The position numbers were made by a program, and so were the translations under genes. From the human T2T-CHM13v2.0 reference genome, Homo sapiens: 64,000 nucleotides of DNA. Location: assembly GCF_009914755.1 (NCBI RefSeq), contig NC_060936.1, one strand, 5' to 3'. The notes below the pieces were generated by a model that was given only the letters and a program-made list of their open reading frames with translations, had not been told where the DNA came from and ran no database searches. Of this stretch, positions 1-28,309 are shown in pieces; the first letter of the stretch is position 1; each line of letters starts with the position of its first letter.

Positions 1-459
1 CTCCACTGATGAGCAGGACCAGCCCTGCCGGTGGAGTTTTGCTCACGGGCCCACTCTGGCAACAAGGTCTAGCTTCCTGAGTGTCCAGGACCTCTGGGCA
101 AAAGTGCTGTCTTTGAGTACAGTCTTTGCCATCATTTGTACCCAAATTCAGAACCAAGATAACATTCCCTTGGTGTCTATCTTGATAACACTCCGTCTAA
201 AAGGAGAGCTTTCTACATTTGTTTTGTCCTCATCACCCCTTAACTGTCCCTGCTGCTCAGATGAAATCTCTGACAGCCAGGCCAGCCAAGCCCTCCCTTC
301 TGTCTCCCTTCCCAGCAGTGTTCCGTCTCCAATCCAGTTTGGGGGCCTGTTTCCCTTTTGTCCCATCCTTTGGTCATCTCTACACCACACTCTACCTCCA
401 TGTACACATAAAGACACTTTTGGACTTATTGAGACTTGGAAGAAAAAGAGTTAGGATAG

Positions 460-703
460 CCCAGAGATTAAGAGCCTGGGCTCAGAAGCTAGACCGCTAA
501 AGGTTCAAAACTTAAACTTCTTAACTCTGTGACCTCAGGCAGGTGACTCTTCACCTCTCTGTGCCAAGTTGTGTGCATCTGTAAAATGGGGCTGAGAACA
601 AAACCTAGCTGTTCGGATTATTGAAACAAATGAGTGAATACCTGTGACACGCTTAAAACAAGGCATGGTACATTATAAGCACTCAATGAATGTCAGTTGT
701 TAT
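460..703 (+). mobile_element. MIR SINE
   Basis: 'ctgtgacctcaggcaggtgactcttcacctctctgtgcc...catctgtaaaatgggg' MIR core. Confidence 0.75.
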
Positions 704-954
704 GATTCAAATGACATGTTACTCCTCAGATAGGATGTCACTCAGAGTGACTGGAACCCAACAGGTTCCATCGAAGCACTTCCAGCCCAGAGAGCACATG
801 TGACTCTTTGGGATTTTAACTTATGCTCCAGGCTGGTTTGGGCTGGTCTAATTGGGCATTTGCCTCCTCTCTGCCCATCAACACCCCTCTATCTCGGGTT
901 GTCTCGGTAAATATGACCAAGTTCCAGTTACACACCAACATGAATAGATATTTG

Positions 955-1462
955 CTCCATTTATCTGTGGCTGCAAAACAAACTACCCTGATCATGGTGG
1001 GCTTAACACAAGCATTTTATTAACTCTCACAGTTCAGTGGTTGACTGAGTTCAGCTGGTTGGTTCTTCTGCTGGTCTCACTAGGGATCTCTCAAGGAGCT
1101 GCAGTCAGATGGCAGCTGGGGTTGGCATCCCTTGGAGCCTCAATTGGCACCCAGGGATAGCTAGACATCTCTTCCTCTCTGGGAACCCCTAAGAGTTACC
1201 CTCTCTTCAAGGTCTGTCCGCATTGTCTCTCCAGCAGGGTAGTCAAACTTTCTAATAGTGGCTCAGGTTCCTCAAAACAAAACAAAAAAATAGAAGCTTC
1301 CAGGCCTTCTTAAGGCTTAGGCCTGGAACTGGCAACAGCATTCCTTCTGCTGCTTCTATTGGCTTTGCAGTCACAGCACAGGCTCAGCTTCAGAAAGTAG
1401 GGGAAACACTCCACCTCTCAATGGAGAAAGTGACCAAGAATTTGTGGCCATCTTTAATCCAT
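955..1462 (-). mobile_element. Old MaLR LTR (MLT1H/J-like)
   Basis: 'gctgcaaaacaaactacc...ggcttaacacaagcattt...gctgcagtcagatggcagctgggg...ctccacctctcaatgg' MLT1 motifs. Confidence 0.65.
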
Positions 1463-1915
1463 GCAACAATCACAAAAGAGAAGATTAAAACAAAACTAAT
1501 GTGCTGTTTTTTAAAAAAAAAATTAGAATTCCTTTTGGAGAGCAAAATAAAACTGATTTCTCTTCTTTCCTGAGATTCATCTCCAGTTGATAATGAAAAT
1601 GTAACTTTCCATGAGCCACAATGAATGATCACACATTCATTCCTTCCATGACTATCAAGACCTACTATTTGCCAGGCACTTGGGCTGCAAAGATATGACC
1701 TTGGCTCTGTATTCAAAGGGTTCATAATCTAATCTGGGGAGTCACAAGGGGAGGAGACCAACGGCATGCCATGTGACAAGGCAGCCTGGGAAATAAAGAG
1801 ATCATGAGAGAGTTTGAAAACTACAAGAAACATTCATTGAGCATGTACTATGTGCTAAACCCTTTCTTTTCATAACTCACTTAATCTTCACAACAACCAG
1901 GCAAGACAATTTGTT

Positions 1916-2219
1916 GGCTGGGCATGATGGCTCACGCCTATAATCCCAGCACTTTGGGAGGTCGAGGCAGGCAGATCATGAGGTCAGGAGTTCAAGACCA
2001 GCCTGGCCAAGATGGGGAAACACCGTCTCTACTAAAAATACAAAAATTAGCCAGGCATGGTGGTGCGTGCCTGTAATCCCAGCTACTCAGGAGGCTGAGG
2101 CAGGAGAATTGCCTGAACTCAGGAGGTGGAGGTTACAGTGAGCCAAGATCACACCATTGCACTCTAGCCTGGTCGACAGAGCAAGACTCTGTCTCCAAAA
2201 AAAAAAAAAAAAAAAAAAA
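1916..2219 (+). mobile_element. AluS element
   Basis: Full dimer with A-tail; TSD aagacaa(t/a)..tgtt. Confidence 0.93.
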
Positions 2220-2600
2220 GACAAATCTGTTCACCCTGCTTTTACAGATGAACAGTGAGCTGGCCAAGGTCTCTCAGCTAGAAAATGGTGCAGCTACTGC
2301 TGAACCAGATATACCTGGGTCCAAGACCTAGGTCCTTGACCTGAATCACTGTAGAAGCCACAAATTGCACAGATGACAAAGAGCAGAGGCCATTTTCACA
2401 CCTATGTCATGTTCTGGCTTCCCCAAGACTGGCCATGAAGCCTGCTCCCTAGAAAACAGGAAGAGAAATATGCATAAACCAGGGCAGCTCATTTCTCTCT
2501 TCCGTGTTCTGTCCTTCAGCCCTGAGACCCAGCTGGTCTCATTTTCTTGGGCCAGGCGAGTGTCCTGGCCAATGTCTCTCAGTTCCATGTGTCCTGCTGA

Positions 2601-3615
<1,015 letters not shown>

Positions 3616-3680
3616 TCACTTCTCCACGTCTTAGTAACACACGTCACTTACTCCCCACTCTGTCATCCTTCTATCTGCAG

Positions 3681-3753
3681 TATCCCACCCGCAGGACGCT
3701 CTGTTCCTCTGACCGAGGTTGTAAAAAGGGATGGATGGACCCGCAGAGCAAAG
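3681..3753 (+). CDS. P2RX7: P2X purinoceptor 7, coding exon 4 (aa 122-146)
   Basis: ctgcag|TAT...AAAG|gtacct; 73 nt; YPTRRTLCSSDRGCKKGWMDPQSK(G), the cysteine-rich head domain of human P2X7. Confidence 0.98.
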
Positions 3754-4212
3754 GTACCTTCTGTTTCTTTTCCCGAGACCCTAGGGGTGGATGGTCTGGC
3801 ATCTTGGTGACATTTGTGATGCCCAGGTCAGGTCTTCAGCCTCTGCTCTCAGCTGCCCTCTTCCACCATCACCAAGCCATAGGCGAGTCTGCCCATGCTT
3901 CGGCTCTGTCCCCAGCAGACCAGCTGCTGACTGTAAACATGACTCCAGTTTTCCAGTGAGAGAAGAAGCTCCTAAAAACCTAGCAGGTTCAGGATTCTAA
4001 TCGGTAGAAAATTCACATGGCCTATAGCATCATCTGAGTATTCTAAACTTTCCCCCTGAATTTCCTCAAAGGTTGAGGACCATGAACTTTTACCCCCAGG
4101 GAACCTGGCAGCAATACCCATATTAACCTGCAGAATTTTTTTTGTTTTTTATTTTATTTTATTTTTTAAACATTTTTTGCACTGTTTTATTTTGATTTTG
4201 ATTTTGATTTTA

Positions 4213-4582
<370 letters not shown>

Positions 4583-5202
4583 AGGCACAGGGCAATTTTA
4601 AAAATACTGCAAATAGTAAAAAAAAAAAAATCAGTGGTTATAATGCAAACACACACAAAAAGGCATATGCCCATTACTGCATTCTACTCCATACTGTATG
4701 TGTATTTGAGTTAGTATAAAAGTTATTTTAACATTGCTCACTATTTAATTAATTCTCCCTTGGAAACTGATTAATCATCCTGGCACTCCAGGAAGATGTG
4801 CCATGCTGATTTCATGGCTTTGCACATCCTGGGCAGGCTGTGTACCCCTTGAGGGACTTGTGCCCCTTTGAGAGGCCATGTTCTAGTCCATTTATACTAA
4901 GTGAGAGCATACACCTGTTCCGCTCCCCTCATGGGCACCTTTTCTTATAAAGAAACAAAAGAGCCAGCAGAATCCACAGTCTTTCTGTGTTCTCTCTGAT
5001 CTTTATTATGTTTTGCTTGTTTGCCTTGCCTTGTGTTCGTTGTGGTTAGGATGGGCTTGATGGAAGCTGAAGCTGCGTGGGTTGGAAAGCCTGGTCAAAG
5101 CCTAGTCTCTCGCCCGGGTTGAGTTAATGATGTCCCTCCTGGAGAACGTCCTCTCCGCAGTTCTTTCACATCTGTGGTTCTACGATGCTTTGACCCCTAT
5201 AG

Positions 5203-5299
5203 GAATTCAGACCGGAAGGTGTGTAGTGTATGAAGGGAACCAGAAGACCTGTGAAGTCTCTGCCTGGTGCCCCATCGAGGCAGTGGAAGAGGCCCCCCG
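5203..5299 (+). CDS. P2RX7: P2X7 coding exon 5
   Basis: ctatag|GAATT...CCCCG|gtgagt; 97 nt; GIQTGRCVVYEGNQKTCEVSAWCPIEAVEEAP(R); codon 155 = TAT (Tyr) at 5229-5231. Confidence 0.98.
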
Positions 5300-5660
5300 G
5301 TGAGTCGCATGGGGAGACAGACACAGTGGCCCTCAGCGGCGACCAGATGAGGCCTTGCCGAGGCTGCTTGGGCCTTCCCCTCTCAGCACAGCCCTGCAAA
5401 GTCCTGGGTCCTACCGGCTTGGGGACCCCTGCGCTCTGGATGCACTGCTTGGCACAAACTAGTATCTCTGGGAGGGCCATGGTGGTTGGTAAACTGTTGT
5501 AACACTCCTGTACCAACTGGTAAATAGCTACTACCCTGAGCATCCTTGGGTGTCCCTGGCCCCTTCCTTCCCCCAGATCTTCCAGGGTACCCCCAGACCC
5601 CCTCCTGTAGTGCCACAGCAGGATCCCTTCTGACTTGTCAGTGTCCATACTGAGTGATCA

Positions 5661-5769
5661 AGGATAGGAAGGAAGGAGGGAGATGGAAGGGAAGGACGAA
5701 GCGAGGAAAGAGAAGGGGAAGGGGAGGAAAAAGCAAAAGGGGTGAGGGTAAAAGAGGGGGGGAAGGAAG
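5661..5769 (+). repeat. GA-rich polypurine low-complexity tract
   Basis: About 110 nt of almost only G and A. Confidence 0.85.
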
Positions 5770-6104
5770 TTTTCTCAGATTAAATGCTTACAATGACATA
5801 CAGATTTGGTGGTCCCTTGTATTGATGCTTCGCTTCAATACACAAAGTCACAATGTTAAATCTCAGAAGCCACAAGGGCTGATGTATTTCAGCAGAGAAT
5901 AGTTAGAAAGACCTGGATTCAATTCCTAGCTCTAACACCATTTTGCTGTGTGTCCTTGGGAAAATGGCTTAACCTCTCTGAGTTTCAGTGTCCTCACCTG
6001 TAAAAGCAGAATAATAATTTCACCAACTTCATAGGGCTGTTGTAAGGATTAAATGAGATGATACTTGTACAGTTATTGTAAGGTAAGCCCCATGCATGCC
6101 TGGC

Positions 6105-6106
<2 letters not shown>

Positions 6107-6143
<37 letters not shown>

Positions 6144-6156
6144 CACACACACACAC
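6107..6156. repeat. (AC)25 microsatellite with one GC interruption
   Basis: Directly visible. Confidence 0.97.
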
Positions 6157-6188
6157 AATCTACCCCTAGAAGTGTGGTGGTTCTAGAC

Positions 6189-6601
<413 letters not shown>

Positions 6602-7240
6602 TTCTAGACCGATGTGATTCAGGATCATTCCCTCAGCATCGTGGGGCAAAGAGAAAACTGCCCCAAGCTGGCCTGTAGAAGGCTCAGGCGAAGGTTTCCC
6701 AATGCCGGGATGGGGGGTGCGCTCAGCAGCATCACCCCTTATGATTCTCAATCGCTAATAGCTCCACTCAGGTTCATTTCTCGGTCAGGGGCATTTCTTT
6801 GTCACAGAAGGAATCACCCAGCTCTGGGAGATACAGCAGCCTCCACTCAGGTAGTCCTTGTTCAAGACAAGCGGCCCTTGACTGACTGCAGTTTCAGTTC
6901 CAGCTCTGCTATCAACTCACTCATTAAATAAACTGCATCTCCAGTGTGCCTGCCTCTGGGCTGGATTTTGACGTGACCTGGGCAAGCAACTCCCTGAACT
7001 TCAGTTTCTCATATATTATATGAATTAGCTAAGATGGTTCGTTTAATCATTCATTCAACACATCCATCACCACGTAGTAGGTGTTAGATATTTATTTCAT
7101 ACGTAACTACGCATAAGAGACTTTGCTAAGTTTTAGGTAAAATACAAGTCCCAGATACGGAGCAAGTCTCAACCACTGTACATACCTGAATGTGTAATTA
7201 CATCACTGTGAGAGGTGCCACAGTAAATGCCACTGGGTCT

Positions 7241-7920
<680 letters not shown>

Positions 7921-8131
7921 GATCTCAAGAAGGGAGAAATTCTTCTTGGAGGAGCTGGAGGGGCTTTGTGGAGAGTTTCAGAATGCTTTGCCCACTAGGT
8001 TTGCTGTATCCATTTCTCTTCATGTATCCCAAAGACCAAGCCAAGAAACCAGAAGCCTCTGGTCCCACTGGCCCATGGGCTCCCTCGGTTCCCCCCGTCA
8101 CTAATGGCCATTTTGCATGTCTCTCTCCCAG

Positions 8132-8212
8132 GCCTGCTCTCTTGAACAGTGCCGAAAACTTCACTGTGCTCATCAAGAACAATATCGACTTCCCCGGCCA
8201 CAACTACACCAC
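8132..8212 (+). CDS. P2RX7: P2X7 coding exon 6
   Basis: tcccag|GCCT...CCAC|gtaagt; 81 nt; PALLNSAENFTVLIKNNIDFPGHNYT(T), with the NFT ATP-site motif and N-glycosylation sites. Confidence 0.98.
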
Positions 8213-8233
8213 GTAAGTGCCCAGGCTGCCTGG

Positions 8234-8752
8234 CTGTCTTAGTTATCTACTGCTGAGTAATAAATTATCCCAAACCTCAGAAGCCTGAAACAACAAACGC
8301 CTATTGTCTCCCACGGTTTCTGTGGGTCAGGAATCTGGGAATGACTTTGCTGCGTGGTTCTGGCTCAAGGTCTGTCAGGTTGTAGCCAAGCTGTCAACCA
8401 GGGCTGCAGTCATTTCTAGGCTTGACTGGGGCTGGAGAACACTTTTCCAAGCTCTCACACAGTTGCTCGTGGGAGAGCTCAGTTCCTCACCACGTGAACC
8501 TCGCCCTAGACCACTTGAGTATCCTTGGTATATGGTGGCTGGCTTCTCCCAGAGCAAGTGACCCAAGAGAGACAGAGCAAGCAACCAAGAGTATAACCAA
8601 GATGGAAGCCACAGTCTTTGGGGGGAGACCCCAACACTTCTGCCATATGCCATTGGTCACACAGATCAACCCTGGTCCAGTGTGAGAGGCCACTGCCCAG
8701 GGGTCCCAGGAGGCAGTGATCATTTGGGGCTTTCATGGAACCTCTCCACCAC
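8234..8752 (-). mobile_element. MLT1F/G-like MaLR LTR filling most of intron 6
   Basis: 'ttagttatctactgctgagtaataaattatcccaaa...ggtttctgtgggtcaggaatctggg...ggttctggctcaaggtct'. Confidence 0.75.
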
Positions 8753-8832
8753 ACTGGCTCACTCCTGGGAAAGAGACAGATCTGTTTTCAATCGAGATGT
8801 TTGTTTGTTTGTTTGCTTTTAATTATGCACAG

Positions 8833-8962
8833 GAGAAACATCCTGCCAGGTTTAAACATCACTTGTACCTTCCACAAGACTCAGAATCCACAGTGTCCCA
8901 TTTTCCGACTAGGAGACATCTTCCGAGAAACAGGCGATAATTTTTCAGATGTGGCAATTCAG
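8833..8962 (+). CDS. P2RX7: P2X7 coding exon 7
   Basis: gcacag|GAGA...TCAG|gttggt; 130 nt; RNILPGLNITCTFHKTQNPQCPIFRLGDIFRETGDNFSDVAIQ. Confidence 0.98.
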
Positions 8963-9166
8963 GTTGGTGGTGCTTTGTACACTGGGATGTGGGGCTGTGT
9001 GTCTAGGGATGGAGGATGTCAAACAGCCAAGAGGCCGGGCCACTGGGTCTTCATAATGTGGCTCACATTTACTGAGCATTTAGTAAATCCACCCGCTACG
9101 CTAAGGACTTTACCTACCATACCTCGTCAAATCCCAAAACAATCCTTATGAGTGAGAGCTACTTGG

Positions 9167-9880
<714 letters not shown>

Positions 9881-10262
9881 AGGGGAGTACTAGGAGGTAA
9901 AGCAGAAAAGATATTTGATAGAGTGCCCTGAATTCCAGTCTAATAAGTTTGGACTTGATCTTTAATGGGGGCGTGGGGGGCATTAAAGGTGTTTGGGTAC
10001 AGGAGTGGTCTGTTGAAAGTTGTATTTTAGGACAATGAGTTTAACGGTGATGTGTCCCAGACGGGGGTAGGGAGAGTGAGGAGATGCGATTGTGGCTGCC
10101 ACAATAACACTTGTGCGAGTTAGGTGGGGCTGTACATATGGTTCTTCAATCAGCATTTTTCCTCTAAAAACCTTAAGCAATCCTGGCTATGCAGGGAGAT
10201 GTCTGGCGGTTGCGTAACTCACACCCAGCAGCCATAGAGACTGTCCCTTGTTGATCCTTCAG

Positions 10263-10399
10263 GGCGGAATAATGGGCATTGAGATCTACTGGGACTGCAA
10301 CCTAGACCGTTGGTTCCATCACTGCCGTCCCAAATACAGTTTCCGTCGCCTTGACGACAAGACCACCAACGTGTCCTTGTACCCTGGCTACAACTTCAG
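10263..10399 (+). CDS. P2RX7: P2X7 coding exon 8
   Basis: cttcag|GGCGG...TTCAG|gtaact; 137 nt; GGIMGIEIYWDCNLDRWFHHCRPKYSFRRLDDKTTNVSLYPGYNF(R); P2X family signature; Arg270 and Arg276 codons are CGT. Confidence 0.98.
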
Positions 10400-10589
10400 G
10401 TAACTCCAAGGCCCAGGTCAAACTCACCCAGTGGCTGAATCGCATTCCCAGGAACTGGTGAGACTAATTTTGGTTTCCAAGGCAACAAGATGAATGAAAA
10501 AAGACTTTCTCTAAGAACTAGGTGATAACTGAATTTTTTCCATAATTTTTTAAAATTCTCAAAAGAGATGCACACTCTTTATTTTTTAC

Positions 10590-13575
<2,986 letters not shown>

Positions 13576-13856
13576 TTGTTGAGGTCTGATGAGTAAGTGG
13601 ACAAGTTATTTTCCAGCAGACACACAAAAGAGAAGGAAATTACAGGTTATACGAGGTATTTCAGAAAATATAACTTTCTAAAACATAGGAAGTTGAAGAA
13701 GTTGATCACATTACAGAATTCTGTTGTTTAGAAAATGACCTGTGGCGAAATGTCCTTATTCAGTGAATAGGTGATTCCGCTTATGCACGACCTGTGTGAA
13801 GTGGATCAGGCCACCCAGAATGCACGACGCGCTTCTCAGGCCCAGCAGGAGTATGT

Positions 13857-18131
<4,275 letters not shown>

Positions 18132-18161
18132 TTACAAATACAGATCCTTTTCTTCCTACAG

Positions 18162-18252
18162 ATACGCCAAGTACTACAAGGAAAACAATGTTGAGAAACG
18201 GACTCTGATAAAAGTCTTCGGGATCCGTTTTGACATCCTGGTTTTTGGCACC
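18162..18252 (+). CDS. P2RX7: P2X7 coding exon 9
   Basis: ctacag|ATAC...CACC|gtaagt; 91 nt; YAKYYKENNVEKRTLIKVFGIRFDILVFGT. Confidence 0.98.
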
Positions 18253-18529
18253 GTAAGTCTCGTTTCCCAGCTCCGGGCACCGGCATCCTATGACTGTGTC
18301 CTAATTACTGCTGTGGGGCCTCCATGGAGGGAAGGGTTTTGGTCTCAGCCTTCAGCTAGCACTGGGCATTTCGCACATGGGATAAAAGAGGAAGAAGATG
18401 TTCTCGGGCTGCTGTCCCTGAATGAGTCATCTGACGAGTACAGGAGTGGGCCTGGAAAGCAATTCTAACATTCGGCTTTAAAAATACTCTGATACTTAAC
18501 AAGAGAGAGAAAGAAATCTCTCTGTAAAA

Positions 18530-18950
18530 TAGTTTGTAAGTAACAGAATCCAATTCAAATTGGCTTAAGGGGAAAAAAAAAGTTTTGAGTGGGCTTTTTT
18601 GGGTTCACGTAACTGAAAAAATCCAGGGGTTATTTTTAAGCTACAAGCATGGTTGGATCCAGGTGTTCAAACAACAACATCATCATCAAGAACTTGCCAC
18701 CTTCCGTGTCTTATATACGTCCTCCTTGGTCTTGGCAGCCATCTCTCTATGAAGGTATCAGGCAGCACCTTCGATCTGACCAGTTTAGCAACCTCAGTGA
18801 AAAGAAAACACCTCTTTGCCAGAAGGTTCAGCAAAGGTCTCAGACAAATGTCATTGGCTCTGATTGGCCCACTATGGATGACATGCCCACTGCTGAACTA
18901 ATCACTGTGACCAGGGTCATGCCATACTCCCAGTGGTTAGTGTCGAACCA
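18530..18950 (-). mobile_element. Old MaLR LTR (MLT1K/L-like)
   Basis: 'aagtaacagaatccaattcaaattggcttaag...cacgtaactgaaaa...ggatccaggtgttcaaac...tctgattggccc'. Confidence 0.6.
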
Positions 18951-19001
18951 GCCCTAACCTAGCCCAGGGGCCAGCAGAGAGGCCAACACCCCAGCCCCTT
19001 C

Positions 19002-19002
<1 letters not shown>

Positions 19003-19040
<38 letters not shown>
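19003..19040. repeat. (AC)19 microsatellite
   Basis: Perfect repeat, directly visible. Confidence 0.97.
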
Positions 19041-19042
<2 letters not shown>

Positions 19043-19150
19043 CATGGACTGAAAAGAAAATTGGAGTGTTGCCTTCTGAAGATGGAAGGAAAAGATGCCA
19101 GCTATGCAAAAATCAACATATCCCACGACATCCTGTCCAAGAGCATGTTA

Positions 19151-19300
<150 letters not shown>

Positions 19301-19319
19301 TCATGAGGTCAGGAGCTCA

Positions 19320-19589
<270 letters not shown>

Positions 19590-19916
19590 TCAAACCTTTT
19601 GGAGGAGAAGCTTGTCTGAAACCCTCACCTTGTATGGAGAAATGATAGCCCTTCAGTGGGTCTCCCCTTAATGTGTGGGCCCCAGTGCTTGCTCATGTAA
19701 AACCTTTATGGGTCCAAGCACACCCTGCACGGCTGAAGCAGGATGCCTGAGAGTCAGTTTCAGTCTGCGTAGTCTCTGCCTCAGCCAGCACTTGAACGCA
19801 TCTATCCAAGTCACAGCATGAGGCTCCGCTCCCTGATAGAACCAACAATTGCACGTTGAAGCAAAAGAGCGTTGCTCTGAATTTCACCTGAGTAAACTCT
19901 CCCACTCTGTTTTTAG

Positions 19917-19982
19917 GGAGGAAAATTTGACATTATCCAGCTGGTTGTGTACATCGGCTCAACCCTCTCCTACTTCGGTCTG
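19917..19982 (+). CDS. P2RX7: P2X7 coding exon 10 (start of TM2)
   Basis: ttttag|GGAG...TCTG|gtaaga; 66 nt; GGKFDIIQLVVYIGSTLSYFGL. Confidence 0.98.
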
Positions 19983-20039
19983 GTAAGAGATTCTCTTTTC
20001 CATGCTTTAGGAAAATGGTTTGGAGAAGGAAGTGACTAA
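19983..20039 (+). CDS. P2RX7: Retained intron-10 tail of truncated isoform P2X7B
   Basis: The 84-nt intron 10 (19983-20066) reads in frame as VRDSLFHALGKWFGEGSD then TAA (20037-20039), giving 364 aa and matching the known P2X7B tail. Confidence 0.9.
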   Translation, partial: VRDSLFHALGKWFGEGSD

Positions 20040-20066
20040 CGCAGCGCTTGTCTGCATTCTCCCCAG

Positions 20067-20216
20067 GCCGCTGTGTTCATCGACTTCCTCATCGACACTT
20101 ACTCCAGTAACTGCTGTCGCTCCCATATTTATCCCTGGTGCAAGTGCTGTCAGCCCTGTGTGGTCAACGAATACTACTACAGGAAGAAGTGCGAGTCCAT
20201 TGTGGAGCCAAAGCCG
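20067..20216 (+). CDS. P2RX7: P2X7 coding exon 11 (end of TM2, C-cys anchor, YxxxK motif)
   Basis: ccccag|GCC...GCCG|gtgagg; 150 nt; AAVFIDFLIDTYSSNCCRSHIYPWCKCCQPCVVNEYYYRKKCESIVEPKP; Ala348, Thr357. Confidence 0.98.
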
Positions 20217-20440
20217 GTGAGGCCGCTGTGTTCACAGGACACCAAGACATGGAGAGATTCCATGAAATCACTCAGAAATGCACGAAAATTAGGCCCAAAT
20301 CACAGGCTTCATCCTGTAGTGGATACGTCGCTGGGTTCTACCCCGATCAACCAACTCTCAGATAAATTTTTTGGTCTTAGAGAAGAATGGAAACAAAAAT
20401 GGAGGGGCAAGATAGAGGGAAGGCAAATTTTTATGTCTAG

Positions 20441-20758
<318 letters not shown>

Positions 20759-21220
20759 TAAGTGTGAGCCACTGAGCCCAGCCTGTTTTGTCATTTATTA
20801 AATTGGTATAGCCAAAAAAGAAAAAAGAAAAGAAAAATAACAACTTTGGAGAACAATTTGGCAGTGACTAATGTTTAAATGGGACATACTTTACAGCCTG
20901 GCATTTTCAGTTCTCCATACCTGCCCTAGAGAAACACTCACATGAGTACCCGCAGTACATGAGTACAAGATGTTCAAAGCAGGATTGTTTATTAAATTAT
21001 CAATAATATATGATTATTAACAGTGAAGAAATAGCATCTAACCAAATATCCAACAGGTGAATGGTGAAACTATGGTAAATCCATAGAAAGGAATACCAGG
21101 CACCAGCTTAAAAAAATGAGATAGATAATAATAATGGCAAACATTTACACAGCACTTCTAAATGCTTTATCTATTAACTCAATCTTCACAACAACCTGAT
21201 GTAGACAGATGCTACTATTA

Positions 21221-21851
<631 letters not shown>

Positions 21852-22063
21852 TCAAAGAGATTTTAGCGTCATCTGTATTGTTTTGATTTGATTAATTCAG
21901 ACTTTATCAAGCAGGTCCTCTGCGTTCAACTCCATGATTTTCCCCAAAGATAAATCTCTGGTACCTAAAAACAAAGACGATTGGCTAGACGTGGTGGCTC
22001 ACGCCTGTAGTCCCAGTACTTTGGGAGGCCAAGGAGGGTGGATCACCTGAGGTCAGGAGTTCA

Positions 22064-22264
<201 letters not shown>

Positions 22265-22611
22265 TCAAAAAAAAAAAAAAAACAAAGACGATTTCTTTGT
22301 CTTTCCCTCATCCAAGAACATGATTGTCCTGTTCCAGCAGCTGATGCATAATTCACTGTCCATTGTATATGCATTCACAATTTGAAATAAAAGTTCATCT
22401 TTGCAGCTAAAACTAATCACCACTTCATGGCCCAAGATGAGATGAAATTTAACAAACATGTAAATAATTTAAGTTGCAATAGTACAAATTTCTGGAGATA
22501 CTGAATCTAGAGTTACTGAAATTGACAGAATACAACAAAGAAATTTTATGCAGCAACTGGGGGGTCCAATGTAAAAACATTAAGCAGTAAGCTGTGGCTG
22601 TGTTGAATTTA

Positions 22612-22973
<362 letters not shown>

Positions 22974-23119
22974 TCATTAATTCTTGGTTAATGAGAGTTT
23001 TGAGCCAGCTTGTTCAATAGTCTATCATTTGGCAAATAGGAATTACAGTTGCCTTTAGATAGGCAATTCTTGATAATTCTGTACAAAAATGGGTAAACTT
23101 TCAAACCATCTTTTCCTAG

Positions 23120-23221
23120 ACATTAAAGTATGTGTCCTTTGTGGATGAATCCCACATTAGGATGGTGAACCAGCAGCTACTAGGGAGAAGTCTGCAAGAT
23201 GTCAAGGGCCAAGAAGTCCCA
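23120..23221 (+). CDS. P2RX7: P2X7 coding exon 12
   Basis: tcctag|ACA...CCCA|gtaagt; 102 nt; TLKYVSFVDESHIRMVNQQLLGRSLQDVKGQEVP. Confidence 0.98.
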
Positions 23222-23269
23222 GTAAGTTAAATCATTTTGTCTTTTTTTTTTTTTTAAGAAAATTTACTG

Positions 23270-25100
<1,831 letters not shown>

Positions 25101-25107
25101 TGAACTA

Positions 25108-26052
<945 letters not shown>

Positions 26053-26053
26053 A

Positions 26054-26848
<795 letters not shown>

Positions 26849-27072
26849 TCTGTAAAATAAAGACAAGGATACATTATCTCACAAGCGTCTTCAAAGGCCT
26901 GAATGAGGCAATGCTTACAGAACACATGCATGGTCCTGATATCTACACCTAATAAATGACGGCTACTATAAATCATGTAATATTAAACGTAACTTTATAA
27001 GTTAATAAAATTAAAGAACCTAGAACCTGAGGGCTTGTCATGGCTAATAGGTTTGGAAACTTGCTTTTTCAG

Positions 27073-27979
<907 letters not shown>

Positions 27980-28309
27980 TCATCTTCTGTTGCTCTCTGT
28001 GTCTGAGAGCAAAGTGACCTGGTTAAACAAACCAGAATCCCTCTACATGGACTCAGAGAAAAGAGATTGAGATGTAAGTCTCAACTCTGTCCCCAGGAAG
28101 TTGTGTGACCCTAGGCCTCTCACCTCTGTGCCTCTGTCTCCTTGTTGCCCAACTACTATCTCAGAGATATTGTGAGGACAAATTGAGACAGTGCACATGA
28201 ACTGTCTTTTAATGTGTAAAGATCTACATGAATGCAAAACATTTCATTATGAGGTCAGACTAGGATAATGTCCAACTAAAAACAAACCCTTTTCATCCTG
28301 GCTGGAGAA

